The translations under genes were made by a program, and so were the position numbers. A DNA stretch of 13,504 bases from Candidatus Sericytochromatia bacterium (GTDB taxonomy: Bacteria > Cyanobacteriota > Sericytochromatia > S15B-MN24 > JAQBPE01), in the NCBI GenBank assembly GCA_035285125.1, contig JAYKHR010000152.1, positions 1-13,504 of the forward strand, read 5' to 3'. Of this stretch, positions 1-7,928 are shown one piece after another. Each line of letters opens with the position of its first letter. Within the stretch, counting starts at the first letter, position 1. Below the pieces are notes generated by a model, which was not told the DNA's origin, made no database searches, and saw only the letters and a list, made by a program, of their open reading frames with translations.

Positions 1-1
1 G

Positions 2-550
2 CCCCTGCCGCCGGGGGCGGCCAGCTGCCGCCCCCACGCCGATCTGACGGCCCTCACGACGGCCATCCGCCGCGCCTACCAGCTGGCCCGCTCCCTCCCG
101 ACGGTTCCCCTCCACGCCTTCGAGACCCGCATCGCCGGCCTGCCCCGCACCACCGAGGCCGAGCGCCTCGTCGTCCAGCGCGTCGGCCAGGACGTCTTCC
201 GCGCCGCCCTGCTCGACTTCTGGCAGGGCCGCTGCCCCCTCACCGGCCTCGCCGTGCCCGCCCTGCTGCGCGCCAGCCACATCAAGCCCTGGGCCGACTG
301 CCAGACCGACGCCGAGCGCCTCGACGTCTACAACGGCCTCCTCCTCGCCCCCCACCTGGATGCCGCCTTCGACCTGGGGTTCATCACGTTCACGGATGAG
401 GGGGGCCTCGTCTGCGCCGAAGCGCTGCCGGCCGAGGCCCGGTCGGCCCTTGGCCTGATGGTCGATTTGCCCACCATGCCGGTAAGGGGCTCACACGGCC
501 CCTACCTGGGATGGCACCGAGAACGTGTGTTTCGGGGCTCTTGCTCATAA
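2..550 (+). CDS. HNH endonuclease (HNH_2 type, putative restriction/defence nuclease), 5' end outside window
   Basis: The frame is open from base 2, upstream of the listed 254 start: ...LPRTTEAERLVVQRVGQDVFRAALLDFWQGRCPLTGLAVPALLRASHIKPWADC...DVYNGLLLAPHLDAAFDLGFITF...YLGWHRERVF. These are typical HNH_2 motifs. Confidence 0.9.
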   Translation, partial: PLPPGAASCRPHADLTALTTAIRRAYQLARSLPTVPLHAFETRIAGLPRTTEAERLVVQRVGQDVFRAALLDFWQGRCPLTGLAVPALLRASHIKPWADCQTDAERLDVYNGLLLAPHLDAAFDLGFITFTDEGGLVCAEALPAEARSALGLMVDLPTMPVRGSHGPYLGWHRERVFRGSCS

Positions 551-568
551 GAAAGGCTGGATTCGACC

Positions 569-967
569 GTGTTCAAACACCTCGCCCTTTTCGCAATGAC
601 CTTCGGCGCCTTCGCCGATGCGGCCTTTGCTTGCCCCTCCACCGCGACGTTGAACGTCACGGCCATGAACTACAACGGCCCGATCGAGGTCCAGCTGAGG
701 GAGGGCAGCCGGCCCGGCTCCCGCCTGGTGGAGACTCGGCGCCTGAGGGGCTCTGGTGTGGAACTCTTCCCAGCAGTCTGCCCCGGGCGTTACTTCTTCG
801 CTTTCGGCACGCCAGACTCGGACGTCATCAAGGTGACCAGTTACTTCAACGTGGAGAATGACGGTTACTCCTTCAGCAACCCCACGATCACGGTTTACTA
901 CCAGCGCACCCGCCGCCGCGGGGGGCGCCACGGGGATGTGGGGGCTGTGAGTCGCCGAGCGCTTTAG
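569..967 (+). CDS. Hypothetical secreted protein (132 aa)
   Basis: Signal-peptide-like N-terminus (MFKHLALFAMTFGAFADAAFA-C), beta-rich mature part with two Cys, protein-like composition; follows the HNH gene by 18 bp. Confidence 0.7.
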   Translation: MFKHLALFAMTFGAFADAAFACPSTATLNVTAMNYNGPIEVQLREGSRPGSRLVETRRLRGSGVELFPAVCPGRYFFAFGTPDSDVIKVTSYFNVENDGYSFSNPTITVYYQRTRRRGGRHGDVGAVSRRAL

Positions 968-985
968 GGACATCCGTTTGCCTGA

Positions 986-1234
986 TACTGGCCGCTGGGC
1001 ATCCGCCTGTTAGAACTGGCGCAAACGGCCTTCCCGAGCTACGCTCGGCGATCGCCCGTCGAAAAACGCAAGCTGCTCAACTTCGTCGTTTAGAACTGCG
1101 TCTTGAAGGACGGGAAGCTCACGGCCACGTACCGCCAACCCTTCTCCTGGCTGGCCTCCGCGGCGCCGATGACCAAAAAACGAAAAGCCCCCGACCTGTC
1201 AGATCGGGAGCTTTTTGAGCTCAGGGGTGGCTGA
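986..1234 (+). pseudogene. C-terminal remnant of a large serine recombinase/integrase
   Basis: Manual translation: YWPLGIRLLELAQTAFPSYARRSPVEKRKLLNFVV*NCVLKDGKLTATYRQPFSWLA...ELFELRGG*. This resembles the recalled LSR tail (G.RLLELA...EKRRLLNFVLSNC..KDG.L...RQPF). It has an in-frame TAG at 1091-1093 and no catalytic N-terminus, and it ends inside the tRNA 3' end. Confidence 0.75.
1175..1216 (-). terminator. Intrinsic terminator downstream of tRNA-His (possibly bidirectional)
   Basis: Minus strand: GCTCCCGATCT-GAC-AGGTCGGGGGC followed by TTTTCGTTTTTT; a T-run also follows the stem on the plus strand. Confidence 0.8.
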
Positions 1235-1299
1235 CGGGGTTCGAACCCGCGAATGGAGGATCCACAATCCTCTGTGTTAACCACTTCACCACAGCCACC
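1226..1299 (-). tRNA. tRNA-His (GTG)
   Basis: Reverse complement GGTGGCTGTGGTGAAGTGGTTAACACAGAGGATTGTGGATCCTCCATTCGCGGGTTCGAACCCCGTCAGCCACC. Acceptor GTGGCTG/CAGCCAC, anticodon arm GAGGA-TTGTGGA-TCCTC, GTTCGAA T-loop, encoded G-1 and C73. Confidence 0.97.
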
Positions 1300-1311
1300 G
1301 TGGTGCAGGGT

Positions 1312-1320
1312 ATCGTAGCA
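1312..1320 (-). promoter_or_regulatory. Putative extended -10 promoter of tRNA-His
   Basis: TGcTACGAT on the minus strand, 12 nt upstream of G-1. Confidence 0.5.
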
Positions 1321-1354
1321 CAACTACCCCTCGGCCACCAGAGCCCGACCGCCC

Positions 1355-2545
1355 GTGACACGTCCCTCGGATCCGCCCGCAGCACCGTCCTTGCCCGAGA
1401 CCGCGCACGTCGGCGTGATGGACGGCCTGCGCGGGCTGGCCGTGGCCTGGGTGGTGTGGTTCCACATCTGGCAGCTCTCGTGGCTGCCGCAGCACCTGGG
1501 CCCGATCTCGCTGCAGCACCTGGTCGAGACCGGGTTCTCGGGCGTGGAGCTGTTCTTCTTCATCAGCGGCTTCTGCCTGTTCCTGCCCTGGGTGCGGGCC
1601 CACCTCGCGCGCGACGGGGCGCCCGGGCTGGGACACTACGCCTACAGGCGCGCCATCAAGATCCTGCCGTCGTACTGGCTCTCGCTACTGGCGATGCTCG
1701 CGATCGCCCGGCCCGACTGGCTGACGGACCCTGCCGCCGTGGCCTGGAACCTCGGCTGGCACCTCGTCTTCTTGCAGAACGTGGTGGACTCCACCCAGCA
1801 GACGATCAACGGTGTCACCTGGTCGCTCGGCGTCGAGGTGCAGTTCTACGTGCTGTTCCCGCTCGTGGCCGCCGCCTTCGTGCGTCACCCGCGCACGACG
1901 TGCCTCGCCCTCGTGGGCCTCGCGGAGGCCTGGCGCCACGGGGCCTTCGCCTGGTGGCCCGGCTCCCTCTCGTACGCCTTGATCCAGCTGCCCGCCTACG
2001 TCGACCTCTTCGCCTTCGGCATGGCCGCCGCCTGGCTCATCGCCCACCGGGCCGCCGCGCCACCCCCGACGCGCCTCGCCCGCGCGCTGGCGACGCTGGT
2101 GGCCCTCGGCGCGCTGGCGTGGATCAACGGCTACGCCGCCGGGCTCTGGGACAGCCGCATCGGCAACGCCTTGTGGCCGCTGCCCTGGCAGGTGGAGCAG
2201 CGCGTCGGCCTCGGCCTCGCCTTCCTGGTGCTGGCCGTGGCCTCGGCCCGGGCCCTGCCGGCGTGGCAGGCCGTGCTGGGGTGGCGGCCGCTGGGGTGGC
2301 TCTCGCTGATCTCCTACAACCTCTACCTCTGGCACCAGTTCCTGGGCCGCCAGCTCATGTACACGTGGCGCTGGCCCCCGGCCGCCACGCCAGACCCGCA
2401 CCAGGACCCCGCCTGGGCCCTGCCCTTCACGCTCGTGGCGTACGGGCTGGCGCTGGCCGTGGCCGCGCTGATCACCCACGGCTTGGAGCGCCCCCTGCTG
2501 CGCCACGGCCCTCGGGGGTGCGCTCGCCGCCTGCTGCGCCGCTGA
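1355..2545 (+). CDS. Acyltransferase family 3 (OafA/YrhL-like) membrane protein
   Basis: Motifs MDGLRGLAV..V..FH, GVELFFFISGF, RRAIKILPSYW, TWSLGVEVQFY, ISYNLYLWH and ERP; many hydrophobic segments. Confidence 0.93.
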   Translation: MTRPSDPPAAPSLPETAHVGVMDGLRGLAVAWVVWFHIWQLSWLPQHLGPISLQHLVETGFSGVELFFFISGFCLFLPWVRAHLARDGAPGLGHYAYRRAIKILPSYWLSLLAMLAIARPDWLTDPAAVAWNLGWHLVFLQNVVDSTQQTINGVTWSLGVEVQFYVLFPLVAAAFVRHPRTTCLALVGLAEAWRHGAFAWWPGSLSYALIQLPAYVDLFAFGMAAAWLIAHRAAAPPPTRLARALATLVALGALAWINGYAAGLWDSRIGNALWPLPWQVEQRVGLGLAFLVLAVASARALPAWQAVLGWRPLGWLSLISYNLYLWHQFLGRQLMYTWRWPPAATPDPHQDPAWALPFTLVAYGLALAVAALITHGLERPLLRHGPRGCARRLLRR

Positions 2546-2854
2546 GGCCTGTCCGCGCCAGCGCGAGGCTCGTCGAGGAACAGCATCCCAGCCCGCGCCC
2601 CGTTCCGGCCCTGCCGCGGTGACGCGGCCGCCCATGAGGCCTCTTGCCCCGTTAATCCCGGCTCTCCACGCCCCAACACGGCCCCCTCCTGGCGCACCAC
2701 CTTGGGTATCTCCCCACGCAGACAGGTGCGTCGAGCGCCCTGTTCCGCCCGCTTTAACAAAGCCTTCGCGGGTATCAAATCCGTGTTAAGTGCCGCAAGC
2801 CTGCGGCCCTTCAGAGGCAGAACGAACCAAGCTGGAGCCCTTGGAGTTGGAGAG

Positions 2855-4192
2855 ATGACCGCCATGGACGTGAACGCCACCCCGATCGTGCAGGTGCCCC
2901 CCACCGTCGCCGCGCCGCCGCCGCCCCCAGAGGCCACGCCAGCCGCCCCCGCCGCCCCGATCGAGGCCGCCCCCGCCGTCGCATGGGCGGCCGACGCAGC
3001 AACCTTCCAGACCCCCACCGAGGGTCTCGCGCCCGGCACCGTCGACTTCGAGGGCATCGACCTCGGCCACGGGCCTGCCGACTCAGGCCACGAGCCCCCC
3101 ATCGGAGAAAGCCCGGAGGGCATCAACCCCCCGCACCACCCGACGGACTGCCCGCCGCCGCCCGCCCCCCCCTCGGACAGCCCCGCCCCCCCGGCCCCGC
3201 CCTCGGACGGCCCCTCGGCCCCGCCCCCGTCCGACCCGCCGGCGGGCAGCCCGCCCCCCGAGGCGTCGCCGCCCTCCGTGTCTCCGGGCTCGGTCCCCAA
3301 GGACGCCATCATCATCGGCAACAAGAAGCGTCCGCGGACGGTGCGCAGCTTCCTGCAACACATGCAGAAGCGCGGCATCAAGCTGCCTTTCGACCCCGCG
3401 ACGCTGCCCAAGGAGCTGCTCGACACCAAGCTCAAGGCGGGCCAGTCGCTCGCCATCGGCACCGACGGCAAGCCCATCGGCTTCCTCGACACCGTCAAGG
3501 ACGTCATGGGGAACCAGTCGCTCGGCGTGTCGGACCACCTGCAACGCAAGGTCGACGTCAAGGGCGGCCTGCCGCGCTTCGAGACGCTCGGAGAGGGCGG
3601 CAGCATCAGCATCGACGGCCAGTCCATCAACGTCGTGAAGACCTACCTGAAGTCGCCCATCATGCTCGACCTCACGGGTGACGGGCAGCTGGGCACGACG
3701 GGCGCCTCCACGGCCAAGAACCGCATCGACAACCAGGTCGGCAAGACCGTCAAGTTCGACGTGGACGGCGACGGCAAGCTCGACAACACCGAGTGGATGA
3801 GCGGCAACGGAGATGGCATGCTGGTGGACGACCGCGACGGCGGGGCCACCCGCGCCGCCCAGGGGGACGGCCGCATCGACGGCACGCGCCTCTTCGGCGA
3901 CCAGGGCGGCAAGTTCGCCCACGGCTACGAGAAGCTGGCCCAGCACGACGCCGACGGCGATGGCAAGCTGACGGGCCGGGAACTCGAGGGCCTCAAGACC
4001 TGGATCGACGACGGCGACGCGAAGGTCGAGGCCGGCGAGCTCAAGTCCCTGGCAGAGCTCGGCGTGACGGAGCTCTCCACGGGGATGACGCTGGAGAAGA
4101 ACGCCCGGGGCGAGGACCTGATGCGCGCCACCTTCGTCCAGAACGGCCAGACCAAGGTGACGGAGGACGTCTGGTTCAACACCAAGCAGTGA
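2855..4192 (+). CDS. Pro-rich protein with C-terminal EF-hand-like Ca-binding domain homologous to the FrpC self-processing module
   Basis: Start moved to ATG 2855 (GGAG-type RBS just upstream; coding-like sequence begins there). C-terminal motifs SPIMLDLTGDG, FDVDGDGK..TEW, DGMLVDD, LFGD..G.FAHGYEKLAQHDADGDGKL, W.D.GD.KVEAGELKSLAELGV. Confidence 0.8.
   Translation: MTAMDVNATPIVQVPPTVAAPPPPPEATPAAPAAPIEAAPAVAWAADAATFQTPTEGLAPGTVDFEGIDLGHGPADSGHEPPIGESPEGINPPHHPTDCPPPPAPPSDSPAPPAPPSDGPSAPPPSDPPAGSPPPEASPPSVSPGSVPKDAIIIGNKKRPRTVRSFLQHMQKRGIKLPFDPATLPKELLDTKLKAGQSLAIGTDGKPIGFLDTVKDVMGNQSLGVSDHLQRKVDVKGGLPRFETLGEGGSISIDGQSINVVKTYLKSPIMLDLTGDGQLGTTGASTAKNRIDNQVGKTVKFDVDGDGKLDNTEWMSGNGDGMLVDDRDGGATRAAQGDGRIDGTRLFGDQGGKFAHGYEKLAQHDADGDGKLTGRELEGLKTWIDDGDAKVEAGELKSLAELGVTELSTGMTLEKNARGEDLMRATFVQNGQTKVTEDVWFNTKQ
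3151..3275 (+). repeat. Low-complexity imperfect coding repeats (PAPPSD-like units)
   Basis: PPPPAPPSDSPAPPAPPSDGPSAPPPSDPPAGSPPPEASPPS; CCCTCGGAC recurs at 27-nt spacing. Confidence 0.7.
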
Positions 4193-4213
4193 GCCGCTGA
4201 CGGGCTCCACACC

Positions 4214-4237
4214 GGCCCGCCGTGATCGCGGCGGGCC
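4214..4237 (+). terminator. Stem-loop, possible terminator
   Basis: GGCCCGCCG-TGATCG-CGGCGGGCC, about 20 nt after the stop; only a weak T-tract (ATTTC). Confidence 0.45.
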
Positions 4238-4311
4238 ATTTCATGGTGCGCGGATGCAACCCCGGTGCGCCGGGTGGGTACACCTCCCTCGCCCCCGCCT
4301 CGGAGCCTCCC

Positions 4312-5994
4312 GTGCCTCGCACCTCCCACCGCCTCATGCTTGGCCTGCTGGCCCTCACGGCCGCCGTCTCGCCGGCCGTGGCGGCTCCGCCAGCCCCACT
4401 GGCGGCGTTGGTCGCGCCGCCCGCGTCGCCTGGCAGCCCGGCCGCCACCGCCTCCCCACAGGCAGCAGACCCCACCCCCGCCGAGGCCGCCCGCACCACG
4501 GCGGCCTTCCGCGACGCCGCCGCGCGCTCGCTCGGGCCGCGCAGCGGCGATCTGTTCGCCCTGCCCGCCAAGTACCACTACGTCAGCGATCGCGACTACC
4601 TCAAGCCCGAGACCTGCACCCTGCCCACCGCCACGGGTGAGCGCTCGTTTATCCACCAGGGCAACCACCACGGCACCTTCTGGGACTACGACACGCGCAT
4701 CCCCCTGGCGTTCTGGGGGCCCGGGCGCGTCAGGCCGGCGTGGACCAGCCGCGAGGCCGTGACGCAGCAGGACCTCGTGCCGACGATCGCCAACCTCATC
4801 GGCGCGGTGCCCCCCGAGGACGCCGCCGGCCGCGTGCTCAGCGGCCCCTTCTTGCCGCAGCGCACCCCGCCCCGCGTGGTGCTGGTGCTGGTCTTCGACC
4901 AGGGCGGCCGCTCGATGCTGAGCGCCCACCCCGAGGCCTGGCCGTTCATCCGGCGGATGCGGGACGAGGGCGCCTGGTACGAGGACGCCCGCGTGACGCA
5001 CCTCGACCCGGAGACGATCGTCGGACACATCGCCATTGGCACCGGGGCCTACCCGGGGCGCCACGGCGTGGCGGCGAACAAGCCCTGGAACAAGGCTGCT
5101 GGAACGAACCGCCCGGCCGTGCAGGGGGTGGACGGCCCCACGCCCGCCGCCATCGACAGCCCCTCCCTCGCCGACGTCTGGCTGCGACAGACGCAGGGGC
5201 GCGCCGTCGTCATCGCGCAGTCGCTTGCCGACCGCGCGGCGATGGGGATGGTCGGGCACGGCGCCCTGTACGCCGGCAACCCCAGGCCCATCTGCCAGTG
5301 GTACGACGACCGTCGCGGGCGCTGGGCGACCCAGCCCGCGGCCTACCGCCTGCCGGAGTACCTCGAGGGGCTGCGCGCGCCCGCCCGCTGGCCGGCCGAG
5401 GGCGCCTGGCGCTACCACCCCATCCGCACCCCCTTCGACTTCAAGTGGTGCCCGGGGGTGGCCGCCTTCGACGGCGAGGCCATGCGGGCGCTGCTGGAGC
5501 GCGAGCCGCTGGGCGAGGATGGCGTGACGGACCTCGTGTTCTGGAGCCTCAAGGCCACCGACTACGTCTCCCACCGCTTCGGGCTCGAGTCGCTCGAGGT
5601 GCGCGACGCCCTCACGGCCGTGGACGAGGAGGCCCGCCGCGCCGTCGAGGCCCTCACGCGGCGCGTCGGGGGCCACAACCTGCTGGTCGCGTTCAGCGCC
5701 GACCACGGCGGCGCCCCGCTCCCCGAGCTTCACGGCGGCGCCCGCGTCAGCGAGGACGACCTCGTCGGCTGGCTCAACGCGACCTTCGACCAGCGCGACA
5801 ACGGCGTGCCGCTGGCGCTCGGCACCAGCAGCACCCAGATCTGGCTCGACGACGCCGAGCTCGCGGCCAACGGCCTGACGGCCGCACAGGTGCGCGATGG
5901 GCTGCTGGGCTGGCGCCCGACCGGGCAGCGGCCATTCTTTCAGGCCGTCTTCACGCGCGAGGAGATCGCGGCGGTGCAAGGGCAGCGCCGGTAA
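4312..5994 (+). CDS. Secreted alkaline phosphatase superfamily protein (PafA/NPP-like), circularly permuted
   Basis: Probable GTG start at 4312 (GGAG at 4302-4305) followed by a signal peptide. Motifs VLVFDQ, ETIVGH, HGVAAN, SLADRAA, TDYVSH, SADHG and HHGTFWDYDTRIPL. Confidence 0.9.
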   Translation: MPRTSHRLMLGLLALTAAVSPAVAAPPAPLAALVAPPASPGSPAATASPQAADPTPAEAARTTAAFRDAAARSLGPRSGDLFALPAKYHYVSDRDYLKPETCTLPTATGERSFIHQGNHHGTFWDYDTRIPLAFWGPGRVRPAWTSREAVTQQDLVPTIANLIGAVPPEDAAGRVLSGPFLPQRTPPRVVLVLVFDQGGRSMLSAHPEAWPFIRRMRDEGAWYEDARVTHLDPETIVGHIAIGTGAYPGRHGVAANKPWNKAAGTNRPAVQGVDGPTPAAIDSPSLADVWLRQTQGRAVVIAQSLADRAAMGMVGHGALYAGNPRPICQWYDDRRGRWATQPAAYRLPEYLEGLRAPARWPAEGAWRYHPIRTPFDFKWCPGVAAFDGEAMRALLEREPLGEDGVTDLVFWSLKATDYVSHRFGLESLEVRDALTAVDEEARRAVEALTRRVGGHNLLVAFSADHGGAPLPELHGGARVSEDDLVGWLNATFDQRDNGVPLALGTSSTQIWLDDAELAANGLTAAQVRDGLLGWRPTGQRPFFQAVFTREEIAAVQGQRR

Positions 5995-6026
5995 GCGGGC
6001 CTGCGCCCCAAGCGGCCGCCTCCCCG

Positions 6027-6821
6027 TCAATACTGGTTCAACGTCCCCCAGTCCCGCGCCCGCCGCTCGGCCCAGGCGAAGGCCGCGACGCCCGCCGCGA
6101 GGTACAGCCCCGCGTCCAGCGCCAGCGACCACACGGCGCCTTGCCCCAGCAGGGTCGTGAAGCCCGTGCCGTGCACCGCCACCTCGCGCAGCAGCACCAG
6201 CGCCTGCGTGAAGGGGAAGTGCGTGACGAAGGCGCCCATCCAGGGCGGCAGGCCCTCCAGCGGCATGATCGCCAGGCCGAAGACCAGCATCACGACGAAC
6301 TGCCCGAGCGTCGCCACGCGCTTGTAGGCGAGCGCCGCGCCGGCCATCATCAGGCCGATGCCCTCCATCCCGGCGTACATCAGCGTGAGCAGCACCACGA
6401 AGGCCGGCACGTCGAGGTGGAAGCGGGCGCCCGTGACGGCGATGGCGATGGCGAGCACGAGGGCGAAGCGCAGCAGCATCTCGACGAAGGAGGCGAGGTC
6501 CCGCATCAGCAGGATCGTCACGAGCGGCGGGGGCGAGAGGGCAGCCTGCTCCAGCGTGCCCGTCTGCGCCTCGCGCGTCAGCAGGTCCGTGCCGTTGGTC
6601 AGGCCGTTGATGGCGATGTACGTGACGAGCAGCCCGAGCAGCCGGCCGAGCTGGCCCGCCTCGAAGCCGGGCAGGCCCGCGCCCACGGTCTGGAAGCCGA
6701 AGAAGATCATCAGCGCGAAGCCGAGGTTCCAGATGAGCCGCGTGACGAGCTCGAACGGGTAGCGCGCGAGCAGGATGAACTCGCGCTCGAGCTCCGCGAG
6801 GAACAGCCGCCCGAGGTTCAC
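6027..6821 (-). CDS. ABC-2 type transporter permease
   Basis: About six hydrophobic segments; motifs REAQTGTLEQ..LSP and FPFTQALVLLR; 4-bp overlap with the ATPase gene. Confidence 0.9.
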   Translation of the reverse strand: MNLGRLFLAELEREFILLARYPFELVTRLIWNLGFALMIFFGFQTVGAGLPGFEAGQLGRLLGLLVTYIAINGLTNGTDLLTREAQTGTLEQAALSPPPLVTILLMRDLASFVEMLLRFALVLAIAIAVTGARFHLDVPAFVVLLTLMYAGMEGIGLMMAGAALAYKRVATLGQFVVMLVFGLAIMPLEGLPPWMGAFVTHFPFTQALVLLREVAVHGTGFTTLLGQGAVWSLALDAGLYLAAGVAAFAWAERRARDWGTLNQY

Positions 6822-7786
6822 CGCGCCACCTCCCCGACGACGCGGCGGTAGACACCCTCGAGGTCGATCTCCAGCTGTTTCACGGCGTGCAACTCGACAG
6901 CCGCGTCGCGCAACGGCTCCAGCGACCGGTACAGGGCGGCCGGGTCGCCGCCCCGCACGCGGAAGGTCGTGGCCGCGCCCATCGCTTCACAGGCCTCTCC
7001 GCCGGCGGCTTCGATGGCGGCCCAGGTCTCCGGGGCGAGGGAGCCGTGCAGCACCACCTCGTAGCCTGGCGACCGGTAGGCGCCGCGCAGCGCCGCCAGC
7101 GAGTCCAGCGCCGCCAGCCGCCCTCCCGCAATGATGGCGATGCGCTGCGAGAGGGCCTCCGCCACCTCCATCTGGTGGGTCGTGAGCACGATGGCGCAGC
7201 CGCGTTCAGCGATGCCGCGCACGACGCGCTGGAACTCGGACCCGGCGATGACGTCGAGGCCGAGCGTGGGCTCGTCCAGCACCAGCACCTGCGGCTCGCC
7301 AAGCAAGGCCACCCCGATGGCCACGCGCTGCTGCAGCCCGCGGGACAGCTCGCCGACGCGCTTGACGGCGTGCGGCGTGAGCCCCAGCTGGTCGATCACG
7401 GCGTCGACGCGGCGCGCGAGATCGCCCACCCCCTTGAGCGCCCCGAAGTAGCGCAGGTTTTCCCGGGCCGTGAGCTTCCAGTGGAGGTTGCGGTTGCCCT
7501 CCAGCACCGCTCCGAGCCGCTGCACCGCCTGCGATCGCCGGTCGGCGACGTTCACGCCCGCGATGGCGATGTGGCCCGTCGTGGGCCGCAGCAGCCCCGT
7601 GACCATCTTCAGCGTCGTGCTCTTGCCGGCGCCGTTGGGGCCGAGGAGGCCGAGGATCTCGCCCGGGTGCACGTCGAAGGACACGTCGCGGACGGCGGTG
7701 AGGGACGTGCGGCCCAGGCGGCCGGGGTACGTCTTGGTCACGCCTGCGACGCGCAGGATGGGGGTTTTGGCGTCAGCGGGGGACAC
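6818..7786 (-). CDS. ABC transporter ATP-binding protein (multidrug/CcmA-like)
   Basis: Walker A GPNGAGKST, signature LSRGLQQR, Walker B VLVLDEPTLGLD, H-loop TTH. Start is GTG 7786 (AGGAG 8 nt upstream) or ATG 7813. Confidence 0.93.
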   Translation of the reverse strand: MSPADAKTPILRVAGVTKTYPGRLGRTSLTAVRDVSFDVHPGEILGLLGPNGAGKSTTLKMVTGLLRPTTGHIAIAGVNVADRRSQAVQRLGAVLEGNRNLHWKLTARENLRYFGALKGVGDLARRVDAVIDQLGLTPHAVKRVGELSRGLQQRVAIGVALLGEPQVLVLDEPTLGLDVIAGSEFQRVVRGIAERGCAIVLTTHQMEVAEALSQRIAIIAGGRLAALDSLAALRGAYRSPGYEVVLHGSLAPETWAAIEAAGGEACEAMGAATTFRVRGGDPAALYRSLEPLRDAAVELHAVKQLEIDLEGVYRRVVGEVAR

Positions 7787-7808
7787 GGGCGGAGCTCCTG
7801 AGAGGCTC

Positions 7809-7838
7809 ATCATGCGCCTCCCGCCAGCGGGGGGTCAA
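7809..7838 (-). promoter_or_regulatory. Putative sigma70 promoter for the ABC operon
   Basis: TTGACC (7838-7833), 18-nt spacer, CATGAT (7814-7809). Confidence 0.4.
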
Positions 7839-7861
7839 GCCAGGGGGCGGCACGCCAGCGG

Positions 7862-7890
7862 TTGACGCCCCCCACGCCCAACCCTACACT
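7862..7890 (+). promoter_or_regulatory. Putative sigma70 promoter for the MarR gene
   Basis: TTGACG (7862-7867), 17-nt spacer, TACACT (7885-7890); GGAGG RBS before GTG 7929. Confidence 0.65.
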
Positions 7891-7928
7891 GGCGATGGTT
7901 CTTACCAGATCTAACCCCGGAGGCTCCC

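Noticed and set aside
1090..1323. 77-aa minus ORF
   Set aside because: It is a translation of the tRNA-His gene and its terminator.
2702..2854. N-terminal extension of the 496-aa ORF
   Set aside because: Looks like promoter/UTR sequence; the RBS and coding bias point to ATG 2855.
3151..3275. Possible CRISPR or VNTR array
   Set aside because: In-frame Pro-rich low complexity; there is no repeat-spacer structure or cas gene in the window.
4222..4311. N-terminal extension of the phosphatase ORF
   Set aside because: It begins inside a hairpin; the RBS and signal peptide fit GTG 4312.
3925..6855. 976-aa minus ORF and other long overlapping ORFs (1300-2622, 2323-3630, 3083-4210, 4740-6851, 6887-7801, 9322-10371, 11273-12502)
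   Set aside because: Arg/Gly/Pro-rich shadow frames of recognisable genes; expected at this GC content and without family motifs.
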